Assembly (NCBI GenBank): GCA_050014195.1
Contig: JBEKDT010000012.1
Coordinates: 94,181 to 158,180 of the forward strand
Source: Desulfomonilia bacterium
GTDB taxonomy: Bacteria > Desulfobacterota > Desulfomonilia > UBA1062
Direction: 5' to 3'
DNA: 64,000 nt
Part shown: one piece after another, positions 1 to 8,158 of the stretch
Layout: each line of letters begins with the position of its first letter
Position numbering within the stretch: the first letter of the stretch is position 1
The notes under the pieces: model-generated
Told to the model about the DNA's origin: nothing
The model's input: the letters and a program-made list of their open reading frames with translations, nothing else
Database searches by the model: none
Position numbers and translations under genes: made by a program

Positions 1-141
1 TTCTATGGGGTGTCCTGTCTTTGAGAACACCTTCATCATGGGGGTATTTCGTGCCAGGACATCTGCCGTGAATCCTTTAATCTCGTCCGGGTTAATTCCT
101 CGCAGCTTTCTGCATTCCATTTTGCTTTTTATACCTCGCAT
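1..141 (-). pseudogene. Fragment resembling the C-terminal part of a GNAT acetyltransferase; runs off the window edge
   Basis: Manual translation gives ...IKGFTADVLARNTPMMKVFSKTGHPIE, a GNAT-like V-x-x-x-N-x-x-M-x-x-x-F-x-K-x-G motif with no N-terminal part. Confidence 0.4.
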
Positions 142-286
142 CTCTGCCGCCGGGTGGTTCACTTCTATTCCGGCTAGGCACCCCTCTTTTTTAAGCAGAA
201 AGGAACATCCTCCGGCCGGTCGCCGTGTAGGAATGGGCGAGATTGAATCCTAGCGACTGTTCCACATCCCCGCTGGACCAGGATAG

Positions 287-478
287 TTACTTCCCAACGT
301 GGATATTGGAGAAGGAACTGAGAACTCCAAAAACGCTCAGGAGCCACAAGACAACGGCAATGACAACGACGGCATTCAAGATCGACTTGATGGAGCTCGC
401 CATCGGGATGAATCGGTTGATGAGCCAGAGAACAACACCAGTTACGACCAGGACTTCCACTACTTGAATTAAGGGCAT
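287..478 (-). CDS. Small two-TM membrane protein (Thivi_2564-like family)
   Basis: 63 aa with GVVLWLINRFIPM..IKSILNAVVVIAVVLWLL pattern; AGGAG RBS upstream. Confidence 0.8.
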   Translation of the reverse strand: MPLIQVVEVLVVTGVVLWLINRFIPMASSIKSILNAVVVIAVVLWLLSVFGVLSSFSNIHVGK

Positions 479-638
479 GATCTAATTCTCCTTGTTTTGT
501 CGACGAAAGCAGAACACTTAGGTCCGTTCCCGCTTATGCGCTGCTGGGTGAAGCCGATATGAGGTTCAAGCTCGCCGCCATACGTTCAAGAGCACTTGGC
601 GCCATTTTTTGCACGTGACACCAAACAAGCTCGGCCGC

Positions 639-794
639 CTAAAGCCGACCCAGTAGCAGCAGGATGATCAGAATGACCAGGACAATTCCCAGCCCCCCGC
701 TCGGGTAGTAACCCCACTCTCGGCTGTGAGGCCATGTGGGTATTGCACCTACCAGCATCAAAATCACGACGATAATCAAAATAGTTGCCAGCAT
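639..794 (-). CDS. DUF3309 family small membrane protein (51 aa, not in ORF track)
   Basis: MLATILIIVVILMLVGAIPTWPHSREWGYYPSGGLGIVLVILIILLLLGRL carries the PTWPHSRxWGYxPSGGLG signature; AGGAGG RBS. Confidence 0.9.
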   Translation of the reverse strand: MLATILIIVVILMLVGAIPTWPHSREWGYYPSGGLGIVLVILIILLLLGRL

Positions 795-860
795 ATGGCT
801 CCTCCTTTCAGTTTATCCGTGAACGTAGCGTTGGGCGGATACTTTCAACGGCCTTGGCCA

Positions 861-954
861 TTTGAACTTTGAAGCCCTAGCTGTTGAAGGCAGTCTTGAC
901 ATCCGTCCAGACGTTTTCTGTACCTGTCTTGAGGTCCTCCCATGCATCATCGCC
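861..954 (-). pseudogene. Relic of a small coiled-coil protein C-terminus
   Basis: GDDAWEDLKTGTENVWTDVKTAFNS* followed by frameshifted ASKFK; no start region. Confidence 0.4.
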
Positions 955-1052
955 GTTGGCCCTTATCCTTCCCCTAAGGGGATGGCCGTAGGAGGACCCT
1001 CACCACTGCGCCAGAAAGTCAACCCAGGTTGCCGATTTTATAAAAAATTCTA

Positions 1053-1622
1053 CTAAAACCGATTTAGATCCGTTTCCAATGAGTCAAGCCGATGGGAAAT
1101 GTCTGTTCTCTCCTCGTACGTGGCGTATCTGCCTTCTTCCGTCATCCGAAAATAATCACTCCGGATGGCGTCTAGTCTGGCTTGAAATTCTCTCCCCTCT
1201 GTCTGAGGCAAGCGCCCGTTGGTTCTTCCATCATCGATTCTCCTTTGGAGTGAGACAATCCTGTCCCCATTCCTTGGTTCTCTTGGTTGTTCAATTTTTG
1301 CAGGCCGGGCAAGCGCTCTGTCGATCTCCGCTCCAAGCGCATCAAGTCTTATATGAAGCTTGTCCCATTCGTCCCGCTCGACCCTTTTGTCTCTCAGCTC
1401 CGTATAGTCTGTTCGAATACCCTTCAGTGTCGTGAGAAACATCTGGGACTGATCAGGGCTAAGCGCACCGGATTTCAGCCCATCCCCGATCTTCTCCTGG
1501 ATTACAACCATCTTGCTCTCTGCATTCCTTTCAGAATCCGGCCATGTTTGGATAGTAGCGCAGCCCGAAAATAAGGCTAATCCGAAAATCGTTAACACTG
1601 ACAGCAGAATAACCTTCTTCAT
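1053..1622 (-). CDS. Hypothetical lipoprotein with two internal helical repeats
   Basis: Lipobox FSGC; repeated I-x-DG-x-x-x-G-x-L...L-x-x-IR-x-DY...RLD-x-L units; GGAGG RBS. Confidence 0.8.
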   Translation of the reverse strand: MKKVILLSVLTIFGLALFSGCATIQTWPDSERNAESKMVVIQEKIGDGLKSGALSPDQSQMFLTTLKGIRTDYTELRDKRVERDEWDKLHIRLDALGAEIDRALARPAKIEQPREPRNGDRIVSLQRRIDDGRTNGRLPQTEGREFQARLDAIRSDYFRMTEEGRYATYEERTDISHRLDSLETDLNRF

Positions 1623-1740
1623 TTGTCACCTCCTATTTTACAATCAGGTCGTTTTTCACCGATTTGACACCCTCAATGCTGTCGGCAATCTCTTAAGAGT
1701 GCGGTTATCAGCCCGACGCAGACGAGGAATTTCACCATAC

Positions 1741-1866
1741 GATCTCGTTTTACCATACAGGCATCTCCTTTCCCGTAGAGGACCATATGAGGAATTCCAT
1801 GGAGTCCTTTTTATTGGAACCTTATGTATAATAATCATCAGATTGTTCCGGGCAAGGTTGCATGAC
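1741..1866 (-). repeat. ~125-bp promoter/leader-like repeat, inverted copy of 8959-9084
   Basis: Reverse complement reads ccttgcccggaacaatctgatgattattat..aaggttccaataaaaaggactccatggaattcctca.tggtcctctacgggaaaggagat, nearly identical to 8959-9084. Confidence 0.9.
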
Positions 1867-2012
1867 ACATACTATCCCCTGGTGAACTCGATAGGAATGT
1901 CCCCATGTGAGTTTGATAGATCGGCCTCATGTAGGGGCCATGGGGGTTTTAGTGATGAGCAGGAAGGAACGGGTACGGTTATAGGTAATGGGATGGAAGG
2001 AGCGGAGCGGGA

Positions 2013-2360
2013 TCAGCCTTGTAATGGCCGCAGAGGCGATGGGAGTAAGCTATCGGCAGGCGAAGCGGATCTGGAAGCGATACAGGCCGGCTGTTCAGGG
2101 ATGTTGACAACAACGTCTTCAATGATGAAGGACTGGCAGGCTACTACAAACCCGGAAGCCCTTTCTTCGTCGGTCAGCTGTATGTCTGATTTACATGCAA
2201 CAGAGCCGCGGGTTATCTGGACCAGGCATTTTCCACAGGTCCCTTTTCCTCCGCAGGGCAGCTCGATCATGATCCCTGCCCGGCCCGCGGCATCCATGAG
2301 CAAGGTGCCGGAAGGGACGTCTATGGTTTTTCCTATGGGAAGAAAGGTGATTTTCGGCAT
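2013..2360 (-). pseudogene. 2Fe-2S ferredoxin domain resembling the N-terminus of RACo/AcsV (ASKHA, DUF4445) corrinoid reductive activator; truncated
   Basis: MPKITFLPIGKTIDVPSGTLLMDAA..LPCGGKGTCGKC..VACQ..EDVVVNIP then stops after about 115 aa with no ASKHA ATPase domain. Confidence 0.65.
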
Positions 2361-2420
2361 ATGAATTTTAGTCTTATCTTTAACTGGACCCCTCACCCTG
2401 ACACTCTCCCCATAATTATA

Positions 2421-2580
2421 TGGGAGAGAGAGGACTGGAGATTCATGGCTTTTATGTATCATACTCCCTGTAGATCATCATGCATAAAAACTTTTTTATT
2501 CTCTCATATGCATAGATCTCATTTGAATATCTGGAATAATCTGGACCAATAAAAATCAGATAGTTATCGCAGTAATCTCT
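2421..2580 (+). repeat. ~160-bp direct repeat (pair of 10339-10496) containing boundary element copy A (core 2511-2577)
   Basis: Near-identical to 10339-10496 by eye; ends in aaatcagatagttatcgcagtaatc. Confidence 0.9.
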
Positions 2581-2602
2581 ACTCTTGAGTTTGCTTAGGA
2601 TG

Positions 2603-2636
2603 AAAAAAAGCAGGGCCTGAAATTGACCCTGCTTTT
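2603..2636 (-). terminator. Intrinsic terminator of PEP-CTERM gene 2658-3179
   Basis: AAAAAAAGCAGGG-N-CCCTGCTTTT hairpin with T-tract on minus strand. Confidence 0.75.
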
Positions 2637-2657
2637 AAAATCTTGAGAACCGTAATG

Positions 2658-3179
2658 TTACTTTTTTATCTTCTTTCTAAACCCTGCTAAACCTAACAGA
2701 CCAGAGCCCAGAAGGAGTATGGTGGTCGGTTCAGGGACAGGGGCGCCTTTATCATATTTGAGACATAAAGTGGATGTATCAAGATAGAAAGGAGTTAGAC
2801 AATTTTTATATGTCATACATACATCAAGGTTTTCTCCAAGATCCCATGTGGCAAATGTACCAGTAATATCGAAAGTTTTATCTCCCCAAAAGAATAATTT
2901 ATTGTTGCTTATGGTACCCGTGAAATCATCATTTACATACACCTTATCTTTACTTGGATTTATAAAGAATCCACAGAGTGTAAGTTTTGCTTTGGTTACC
3001 ACGTCAGGCGGAACCTCAAGCCCTAGGGGTGTGGGCTGTACCCATGATAGTGTTCCGGAACCAAACAGGTGAGCTTTGTCTAAATCTACTGTACTGGTAA
3101 AAACAAGAGCATTCCCTACACTACTTACAGCGAACAATAAAACAAATACGCTCAAACAAGAGATAATAACCTTTTTCAT
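2658..3179 (-). CDS. PEP-CTERM sorting domain surface protein
   Basis: Signal peptide; C-terminal VPEPTTILLLGSGLLGLAGFRKKIKK. Confidence 0.92.
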   Translation of the reverse strand: MKKVIISCLSVFVLLFAVSSVGNALVFTSTVDLDKAHLFGSGTLSWVQPTPLGLEVPPDVVTKAKLTLCGFFINPSKDKVYVNDDFTGTISNNKLFFWGDKTFDITGTFATWDLGENLDVCMTYKNCLTPFYLDTSTLCLKYDKGAPVPEPTTILLLGSGLLGLAGFRKKIKK

Positions 3180-3218
3180 AATAAACCTCCCAGTTGTTGT
3201 TATTGTTAGTTTAAATAA

Positions 3219-3234
3219 TGCAATAATCAGGCCA
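3219..3234 (-). promoter_or_regulatory. Sigma54 (-24/-12) promoter
   Basis: TGGCCT-GATTA-TTGCA about 40 nt upstream of the PEP-CTERM start. Confidence 0.7.
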
Positions 3235-3296
3235 ATAGAATAATTGTTTTAATTTTAATATAATAGAACGATAATTAAGAGATGAACTTGCTCTAT

Positions 3297-3413
3297 TGTA
3301 AATTTTATCGACACTAAAATTTATGGTTCTTATGCGAAAAATCCGATAATCACTTTGATTCCATAGCAGTACAAATCATTGCACAATAAATAGTACTGTA
3401 AATTAATTCGACA
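3297..3413. promoter_or_regulatory. Two PEP-CTERM-box-like enhancer sites (3297-3313, 3397-3413)
   Basis: TGTAAA-N6-CGACA twice, 100 bp apart, upstream of the sigma54 site; resembles the PrsR-type activator box of PEP-CTERM genes. Confidence 0.7.
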
Positions 3414-3506
3414 GTGATCTTTTATTCTGACAGAGGCAGATTACTATCTTGCTGGTTGAATAAAAGCCCTCCGCCATCCTGGCTGGCAATTGAAAGTGTA
3501 GATAAC

Positions 3507-3607
3507 GTGCCAATCGTTACGCTCTGCCGTGATATGACAATTTCGAAGATCTGTTCTCAAGATCATCAGTTTTATTCATCTTAAACTGAGATGATATCTT
3601 AGTGATC
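3507..3607 (+). repeat. Boundary element copy B
   Basis: gtgcca...aagatcatcagtttt-attcatctt-aaactgagatgatatcttagtgatc. Confidence 0.75.
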
Positions 3608-3681
3608 AACAACATTGATTGAGGTGAATTATCATGGTAGATGCGGTTATCCATTAAAACACGTTAAGGTAATCATTAAAG

Positions 3682-4137
3682 ATGAATAAGCTGAAAACTG
3701 TTCTCGTTTATTTTATAGTCTTATCCTTGGGAATTGTATGTGGAGGTTATTTGTTCTCCCAATCACAACCCAGATCATTTTTATCAATATCGAATTGTCA
3801 ACATTGTTTAAGTGAGAATGATCTTGTCGGGCTGCTTGCCTCAGTCGGTATACAAAAATTTTCTAAGCTTATCCCTTCTGTTGTATTCGAAACGGACAAA
3901 ACAATCGCCATTAAGATCCCGGATACACAGGTTCGTTATCACTATGTCATTATTCCTAAGAAAGACATCAAGAATATCGGTGAACTTACTGATGCCGATG
4001 CTCAATATTTAATTGATACATTTTTTGTAGCAAGAAAGATCATTGAGGATAAGAACTTATTCAAATATACCCTTCATACAAATGGACCTGGTATTCAAGA
4101 CGTTACATATTTACATTTTCATTTGATAGCCGAGTGA
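3682..4137 (+). CDS. HIT-domain protein with N-terminal membrane anchor/signal
   Basis: HYVIIPKK and C-terminal NGPGIQDVTYLHFHL (HIT-like, first His replaced by Tyr). Confidence 0.8.
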   Translation: MNKLKTVLVYFIVLSLGIVCGGYLFSQSQPRSFLSISNCQHCLSENDLVGLLASVGIQKFSKLIPSVVFETDKTIAIKIPDTQVRYHYVIIPKKDIKNIGELTDADAQYLIDTFFVARKIIEDKNLFKYTLHTNGPGIQDVTYLHFHLIAE

Positions 4138-4274
4138 CACCGCATCTACCACCACTGTCCCGATCCGCTTCTGATATAAATCGCTTCGCCCTTAATCCTT
4201 CAACCATTTCCTATTTACTCGATGGGAAAACGCAGGAGTCTGCGCTTTTGTGGAGATGCAAGGACGTGTGTCAT

Positions 4275-4329
4275 ACCTGGCATCTCAAATAACCAGTCTA
4301 TATACGTCCTGAGCAATAGTCCATTCATG
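4275..4329 (-). pseudogene. Tiny relic resembling Lon protease internal motif
   Basis: HEWTIA/RTYIDWLFEMP (frameshifted) resembles Lon EYTVxRTYLDWLxELPW. Confidence 0.35.
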
Positions 4330-4584
4330 AACTCACCCACTTGGGATAGAGGGAGCAAATCAAAACTCTTCCTGCTCGAATAAGGCGATCTTATCTTGAG
4401 ATTGGTCCTAGGTATCAATGCCCATCGTGATATTATCGCATGGCATGGCATCAAATGTGGGTTTCAAGATGATGTGGGAAGGAATGAGAGATCCTGGATA
4501 AGATATTATGGTTGAGTAGATGGAGGTGGGATTGATGAGTTATTGCAGGGATCTTTATTTTTCATAGGGTATAAAACGATAGTC

Positions 4585-4980
4585 TCAAAACGGTGCACAC
4601 AAATAGGACATGAAATTATTCAAGCCTTTATCATCTTTTCGTGTGAAGATAATTGCCATCCCTGAATCAGTCTTCCGCACCACTTGCCCGATGACCCAGA
4701 TTACCTTGCCGAACGGCTCTACATTAAGGCTAGCACTTACAAAACCATCAACATTAGGGCAATGCCCTGTCTCAACGAACATTCCACCCTTGCTGATGTT
4801 ACAGACTCTTCCCATCCTGTTCGCATAATCATTGTCACGATAAGAGAACATCATGTTTACCCTTACTCTCTTATAAGCCCGCTGATTATCCGTAGTCTGA
4901 GATATTTTTGCATGAGAAATAATTGACGTAGGTTCTTTCAAAACAGTATCCTCCACTTGCAAGCAAAACAGTATAACCAT
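4585..4980 (-). CDS. Single-domain PilZ (c-di-GMP receptor) protein
   Basis: QRAYKR (RxxxR) and NISKGG (D/NxSxxG) motifs; true start may be a TTG near 4941. Confidence 0.85.
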   Translation of the reverse strand: MVILFCLQVEDTVLKEPTSIISHAKISQTTDNQRAYKRVRVNMMFSYRDNDYANRMGRVCNISKGGMFVETGHCPNVDGFVSASLNVEPFGKVIWVIGQVVRKTDSGMAIIFTRKDDKGLNNFMSYLCAPF

Positions 4981-4989
4981 AAGTTAACC

Positions 4990-5088
4990 TGCCATGTCAT
5001 TTGAATACATAATTAACATCATCTATAGATAATATTTCAAGATCATCGGTTTCTGGGCCTTACAAAACCAGAAAGTTATCGCAGAATC
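4990..5088 (+). repeat. Boundary element copy C
   Basis: tgcca...tatagataatatttcaagatcatcggtttc-tgggccttaca-aaaccagaaagttatcgcagaatc. Confidence 0.85.
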
Positions 5089-5124
5089 ATCGCGTTAACA
5101 GTTAGACAGGAATAGATGAAAAAC

Positions 5125-5157
5125 AAAAAAAGGCAGGGCCTTTCAATGACCCTGCTT
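5125..5157 (-). terminator. Intrinsic terminator of PEP-CTERM gene 5182-5799
   Basis: AAAAAAAGGCAGGG-N-CCCTGCTT, paralogous to 2603-2636. Confidence 0.75.
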
Positions 5158-5181
5158 CTGATATCCAGTCAATATGTTGTA

Positions 5182-5799
5182 TTACTTTTTCAGCTTTTTC
5201 CTGAACCCTGCTAGCCCAATAAGACCTGATCCAAGAAGAATCATTGTACATGGTTCAGGAACAGGGGGAGTTTTTACAATTAGATCTTGAGCTTTAAAGG
5301 GAAGTGTTGTGGGTAGGGCCATTTCAGCAATCTCATACCCTGTACCAGTATAATCATATCCTTTAAAATCTTCCATATATTTTGTGAAGTCAGCTTGGAC
5401 TGTTGGATTACTGATATTAGTAATCTGTCCATACATAATATCCCATATTGCCAACTGCAATGCTGGAGTATCTGCTTTATTACCCTCTTTGTTAATCAAC
5501 CATGCTGATTCATAACCAAGATAGTCATGGTTTAGGTTGTTAGTAAGGGATACATTATAGTATGTATAAGGAACGTATGTTACATCATACAGGTCAACAC
5601 AATATCCTGTTGTAGGCTGCCCATTAATGTTGAGATGAAACTGTCCAGCATACTCACCTGTAGGATTGCCGTTCAAATCAAAATTAACGTAGGTATAGTC
5701 ATTGATGCTACCAGTAATATTGATTGTATTTGCTCCTACTGATGCTGTGAAGCCAAGCACGATAAGTAGTAATGCAACTGTCATGGAAAATTTTTTCAT
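5182..5799 (-). CDS. PEP-CTERM surface protein with thioester-domain-like motifs
   Basis: Signal peptide; GYCVD, LQLAIW, AQDLI motifs; VPEPCTMILLGSGLIGLAGFRKKLKK tail. Confidence 0.9.
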   Translation of the reverse strand: MKKFSMTVALLLIVLGFTASVGANTINITGSINDYTYVNFDLNGNPTGEYAGQFHLNINGQPTTGYCVDLYDVTYVPYTYYNVSLTNNLNHDYLGYESAWLINKEGNKADTPALQLAIWDIMYGQITNISNPTVQADFTKYMEDFKGYDYTGTGYEIAEMALPTTLPFKAQDLIVKTPPVPEPCTMILLGSGLIGLAGFRKKLKK

Positions 5800-5836
5800 A
5801 TTGACCTCGTAGATGTTGTTTTATTAGCGATTATTA

Positions 5837-5852
5837 TCCAATATTTATGCCA
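5837..5852 (-). promoter_or_regulatory. Sigma54-like promoter
   Basis: TGGCAT-AAATA-TTGGA (one mismatch at -12), same distance from the start as at 3219. Confidence 0.5.
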
Positions 5853-6078
5853 ATTAACGTATGTCTTTGATATAAATAATTAATTACTTCAGACAGTATA
5901 AAATAGGGGTATTGGCGTAATGGATAAAATAGAAATATATTTCCATAAAGATAGTAATTATTTACATCAATAAAATGCGTAGAACGGCCTATCGATTTCT
6001 ATGATCATAGAACCAGATAACTGTAAATCATACCATCTATAACTGATTGATAAGGTATAATTAATAGATTACGTTATT

Positions 6079-6820
6079 TGTCATGTGTCACACCCAGAGT
6101 TGGTTTGATCTTTTCATAGATCTTATTTCAAAATCATCGGTTTTGTGTGTCACGAATGCCGAGAGGCAATGCTGTGTAGGAGATGAGGGGAGGCCCCTCG
6201 GAGCCGGTTTACAGGAGCAGGCTTCAAACCGCCCTAAGCTGCGATGGTAAAGAGCCATGGTGGTGAGCGTTAGGGAAAAGGCGCAAGGAATGCGTCAGGT
6301 AGTATCGGAGAGACGAGCGAAAGCGAACCAATCGATGAGGCATCGAAAATGATCACAGATGATGTCAAAACCAGGGTCCAAAACTAACTCTGGGAACAGC
6401 TCAGAGGAAACCTGTTTACTGTCTGAGCGGCATCCGGTGTAGAGATGGTGTGAATCCGATACGGGCTTTTACACGGAACGTGAGAACCTGTCGTCTGGAT
6501 GAGAAGGGAGAAATCCAAGGAGAGGCCCCCCGAGGATGAGAGTACCGATGCCAGGCACAGGGGCGGGACAGCTCGTAGTAGTGAAGAAGCTCCTGTAATG
6601 GGAGTGGAGCGAAGGGGCTGTGTTGTTCAGGAGGTATTTATTGATCAACCAGAAATGGGAGGAATCAATGAGTATTGCCAAGCCAAGCTATACGATTGGC
6701 TGAACAATGGGAGCCGGATGAGCTGAGAGGTTCACGTCCGGTTCTACGAGCAGCTGGGGGTGAAATTCCCCTGGCTGACTTTCCCAGGAATTTCAAAACC
6801 AGAAAGTTATCATAGGAATC
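6079..6820 (+). repeat. Boundary element copy D, split by the intron (left 6079-6144, right 6785-6820)
   Basis: Rejoined sequence catagatcttatttcaaaatcatcggtttt|caggaatttcaaaaccagaaagttatcataggaatc matches copies C, E and H. Confidence 0.85.
6145..6784 (+). mobile_element. ORF-less group II intron (IIB, bacterial class D-like), about 640 nt
   Basis: 5' GTGTG; domain V GAGCCGGATGAGCTGAGAGGTTCACGTCCGGTTC; domain VI with bulged A; domain IV keeps only RBS + ATGAGTATTGCCAAGCCA (MSIAKP) and a few codons, so the RT ORF is deleted. Confidence 0.92.
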
Positions 6821-6907
6821 TTCAGTCCCATCTTCCAATAAGATATTTCATTTCATAAAAAGGAAGTGACTCATATACACTTTGTCTAATCTATTGAACT
6901 AGCCCAA

Positions 6908-7072
6908 TTATGATGTTATCTTTTTATTTAACTCCCCAAGCACGATTAGGTTGACACCTAAAAAAAATATATTTAATGGACCAGGTTCGAAAGTTGGATT
7001 TTGATAGGTGTATCCATTCAGTAAAATGAGTAGAAAAAGAAGACAAACTATTGGGAATATCCCTTTCCACAT
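6908..7072 (-). CDS. 54-aa mini-protein: hydrophobic N-terminus plus degenerate PEP-CTERM-like tail (not in ORF track)
   Basis: MWKGIFPIVCLLFLLILLNGYTYQNPTFEPGPLNIFFLGVNLIVLGELNKKITS; strong ACAGGAGG RBS 5 nt upstream. Confidence 0.65.
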   Translation of the reverse strand: MWKGIFPIVCLLFLLILLNGYTYQNPTFEPGPLNIFFLGVNLIVLGELNKKITS

Positions 7073-7207
7073 AAGAACCTCCTGTACTCATAAGCTTAGA
7101 TAAGCCCCTTTTAGATAAAATCTCCATAGTGAAAGTCAATAGGCTTAGATGACAACATTTGGTTAAAGTCATTATAAACTTATAATCAAGGGTATGTATA
7201 CGTTGCG

Positions 7208-7310
7208 GTGCCAGGGTGACATGCTTAGATATGGAGGCCTTGCTGCATAGGTTTCAACTTAAGATCATCAGTTTCAGGCATTATAATACCGAGAAGAAAT
7301 CGCAATAATC
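7208..7310 (+). repeat. Boundary element copy E
   Basis: gtgcca...ccttgctgcataggtttcaacttaagatcatcagtttcaggcattataataccgagaagaaatcgcaataatc. Confidence 0.85.
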
Positions 7311-7467
7311 TTTACCCTAGAGAAAATAAGCTAAATCCCTTTTGATATGATTATAAATCATCGAACTATCAATGGCCGTTAGATCTTGCCACTGTAAGTC
7401 TTCTTAAATTTATCAAAATTAAAGGAGCATATACATCTCTCCTATAGCTCACCTATGATTCATTTTC

Positions 7468-7671
7468 TCACATATGCAATTTCAGCTCGATAATATATGA
7501 ACCTTCTCCCGTTGTGTATTTCTCAACTCCTACACCGACATCACGCATTGTAAAGCCAGATGTTTTAGCCGTATTATCGATGTCCTTAATGCATTGAGTA
7601 AGCAATTTAAATATTTGTATTTTAGTACGCTCAACATTTAATTTGTTGGCCTGTAGAGTTTTTTCCTCCAT
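7468..7671 (-). CDS. Small hypothetical protein (67 aa)
   Basis: MEEKTLQ... start with AGGAGA RBS; own sigma54 promoter upstream. Confidence 0.6.
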   Translation of the reverse strand: MEEKTLQANKLNVERTKIQIFKLLTQCIKDIDNTAKTSGFTMRDVGVGVEKYTTGEGSYIIELKLHM

Positions 7672-7773
7672 GACCGTTCTCCTTTTTCCTCGCATCAGGA
7701 GGATCATATGATGATATGTCTAAGATGAGTTCTAGTTGAAAGTGAATTTTGATAATATATCTAAGCTAGTGTA

Positions 7774-7789
7774 GGCAAATTATGTGCCA
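7774..7789 (-). promoter_or_regulatory. Sigma54 promoter
   Basis: TGGCAC-ATAAT-TTGCC, near consensus. Confidence 0.75.
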
Positions 7790-7840
7790 TCACATAACAG
7801 TTTGATATATTTATTTTAATTTTATCGTCCTTCCGAAGAA

Positions 7841-7936
7841 TGCAAAGTAATTCGACAGTTCATTATGCTGTATACTTTATATAACATTGAAATTATTAAT
7901 ATTTATATAGGAGCATAACTGTTAAATATTTCGACA
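7841..7936. promoter_or_regulatory. Two PEP-CTERM-box-like sites (7841-7857, 7920-7936)
   Basis: tgcaaagtaattcgaca and tgttaaatatttcgaca, same 17-nt motif as 3297/3397. Confidence 0.65.
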
Positions 7937-7969
7937 GTTCAATTTGATATTTAACACCAATGAACTGAA

Positions 7970-8044
7970 GATTTCGTGCCATGGATCACGCTTAGCCTAT
8001 AGTATATATCTCTTGAGTTAATATCTGGTTGACCATAACTGAAG
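7970..8044 (+). repeat. 75-bp repeat X (pair of 12415-12489)
   Basis: gatttcgtgccatg...atatctcttgagttaatatctggttgaccataactgaag aligns with 12415-12489 at equal length. Confidence 0.7.
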
Positions 8045-8071
8045 ATGTCGTGACTCTATATGTGGATTGAT

Positions 8072-8158
8072 AAAAACCGGACCGCACAAGGGAGCGATCC
8101 GGCTTAAGAGGAGGTCAAAAGTCCGTTCGTCAAGGATGACGAGGAGAGTTTGACTGAC
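8072..8158 (-). ncRNA. Candidate small RNA (about 87 nt) with CU-rich loops and intrinsic terminator
   Basis: sigma70-like TTGCAT (8186-8191) with TATAAA/TAAACT; stems GUCAAA/UUUGAC and UCGUCA-UCCU-UGACGA; terminator GCCGGAUCGC/GCGGUCCGGU-UUUU pairs fully only on the minus strand. Confidence 0.55.

Noticed and set aside
1513-2364. 283-aa plus-strand ORF
   Set aside because: Antisense to the lipoprotein and ferredoxin fragment and crosses a non-coding repeat.
3507-3607. Boundary element as a sigma54 promoter (TGGCAC on minus strand)
   Set aside because: The -12 TTGC is absent in all copies, and adjacent PEP-CTERM genes have their own closer sigma54 sites. A role as an operator is not fully excluded.
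4990-5088. Boundary element as canonical integron attC
   Set aside because: AAC-N6-GTT occurs in copies C and D, but GTTRRRY and RYYYAAC are not conserved across copies and there is no intI in the window.
5039-5088. c-di-GMP riboswitch upstream of the PilZ gene
   Set aside because: No GGCAAAC/GCAAAGC or tetraloop-receptor features recognised.
6469-6726. ORFs 6469-6681, 6499-6726, 8216-8461, 8680-8865 and 8710-9015
   Set aside because: They overlap structured intron RNA and have no RT motifs; spurious.
6924-7172. 82-aa ORF from the track
   Set aside because: No RBS or recognisable features; the overlapping frame 6908-7072 has a strong RBS and a coherent protein.
8072-8158. CsrB/RsmY-like GGA-loop RNA on the plus strand
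   Set aside because: The stem has A-C mismatches on the plus strand; the promoter and T-tract point to the minus strand.
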